DNA from: Lama glama
Taxonomy: Eukaryota
NCBI GenBank assembly: GCA_028534125.1
Contig: CM052850.1
Span: 26,102,001 to 26,166,000, forward strand
DNA: 64,000 bases
Direction of reading: 5' to 3'
The translations under genes and the position numbers were made by a program. How positions within the stretch are numbered: the first letter of the stretch is position 1; every line of letters begins with the position of its first letter. Below the pieces are notes generated by a model that made no database searches, had not been told where the DNA came from, and was given only the letters and a program-made list of their open reading frames with translations. Below are positions 63,426-64,000 of the stretch, in pieces.

Positions 63426-64000
63426 GTCAGGATACACTGACAAAAGAAAAGGATCAGTAAGTAATTGCAGGTGGGCCGAAAGGTCGGGCAGAATAATACC
63501 CAGACCCCTGTGCTGCAATGAGCCAGGACAGGCGAGGTGGGCAGATGCCGGGGACTGGACTTCAGCGCCATTCTGAGGATGCACTTGGAAAAATGGGCAA
63601 ACAGGAGGCCGTCAGGGTCTGCCCGGGCCCCCTCCCGGGTGTCACGGGGACGCAGCCAGCAGCAGCGCCCCTCTCCCGTCTGTCTCCCTCAGCCACTGGC
63701 CTCTCTGGCCCTGATGAGCGACCCCCACCTGCTGAGCCACAGGGTGGCCCCTTCCCAGGAGGACGGTTCCTCTTGTCCTACGGCCCTTCCCCTCCTGGAC
63801 CCTAAGGCTTTCTCCAGCTCCCCTCTCTGCCCTGGCAACACCCAAGGCTTCGCTTTGGTCCTGGCGAGCCGTGAAGATAGGGTCCCTCATTATTCAGACG
63901 GGGTCTGGGGTGTGCCAGCCTGTCCACAGCGGGAATAGGAGACACTGGTCTTTGCCCACAGAACAGGACACACCCCAGACACCGCCTGGGGATGGCGACA

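Noticed and set aside
59600-64000. Expected CBFA2T3 3' end from synteny
   Set aside because: No MYND/NHR coding sequence or clear terminal exon seen; probably beyond the window.

Overview
GC-rich mammalian genomic DNA containing the conserved syntenic block equivalent to human 16q24.3: PIEZO1 (minus strand; exon 1, promoter and first ~10 kb of intron 1), CDT1 (+, 10 coding exons, 549 aa), APRT (-, 5 exons, 180 aa), GALNS (-, 14 exons, 522 aa), TRAPPC2L (+, 5 exons, 139 aa; head-to-head with GALNS) and PABPN1L (-, 7 exons, 273 aa). I spliced the five complete gene models by hand and each gives an uninterrupted reading frame. Repeats are mostly old and decayed (L1M fragments, MLT1, MER21, MER33, MIR). 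I saw no Alu, B1/B2 or other young SINE, so the species is probably a non-primate, non-rodent placental (laurasiatherian-like; not determined). I found no evidence of a wholly new gene system, and the hundreds of ORFs in the track are mostly GC-content artefacts. The most interesting signals are in splicing and regulation: a U12-type intron in TRAPPC2L, two GC-AG introns (APRT intron 2, GALNS intron 8), a strong-Kozak uORF in the PIEZO1 leader, a CLEAR/RFX/YY1 bidirectional promoter, a CPE next to the PABPN1L poly(A) signal, and motif-dense AT-rich islands that may be enhancers. Comparisons to human orthologues are from memory, not from a database search.
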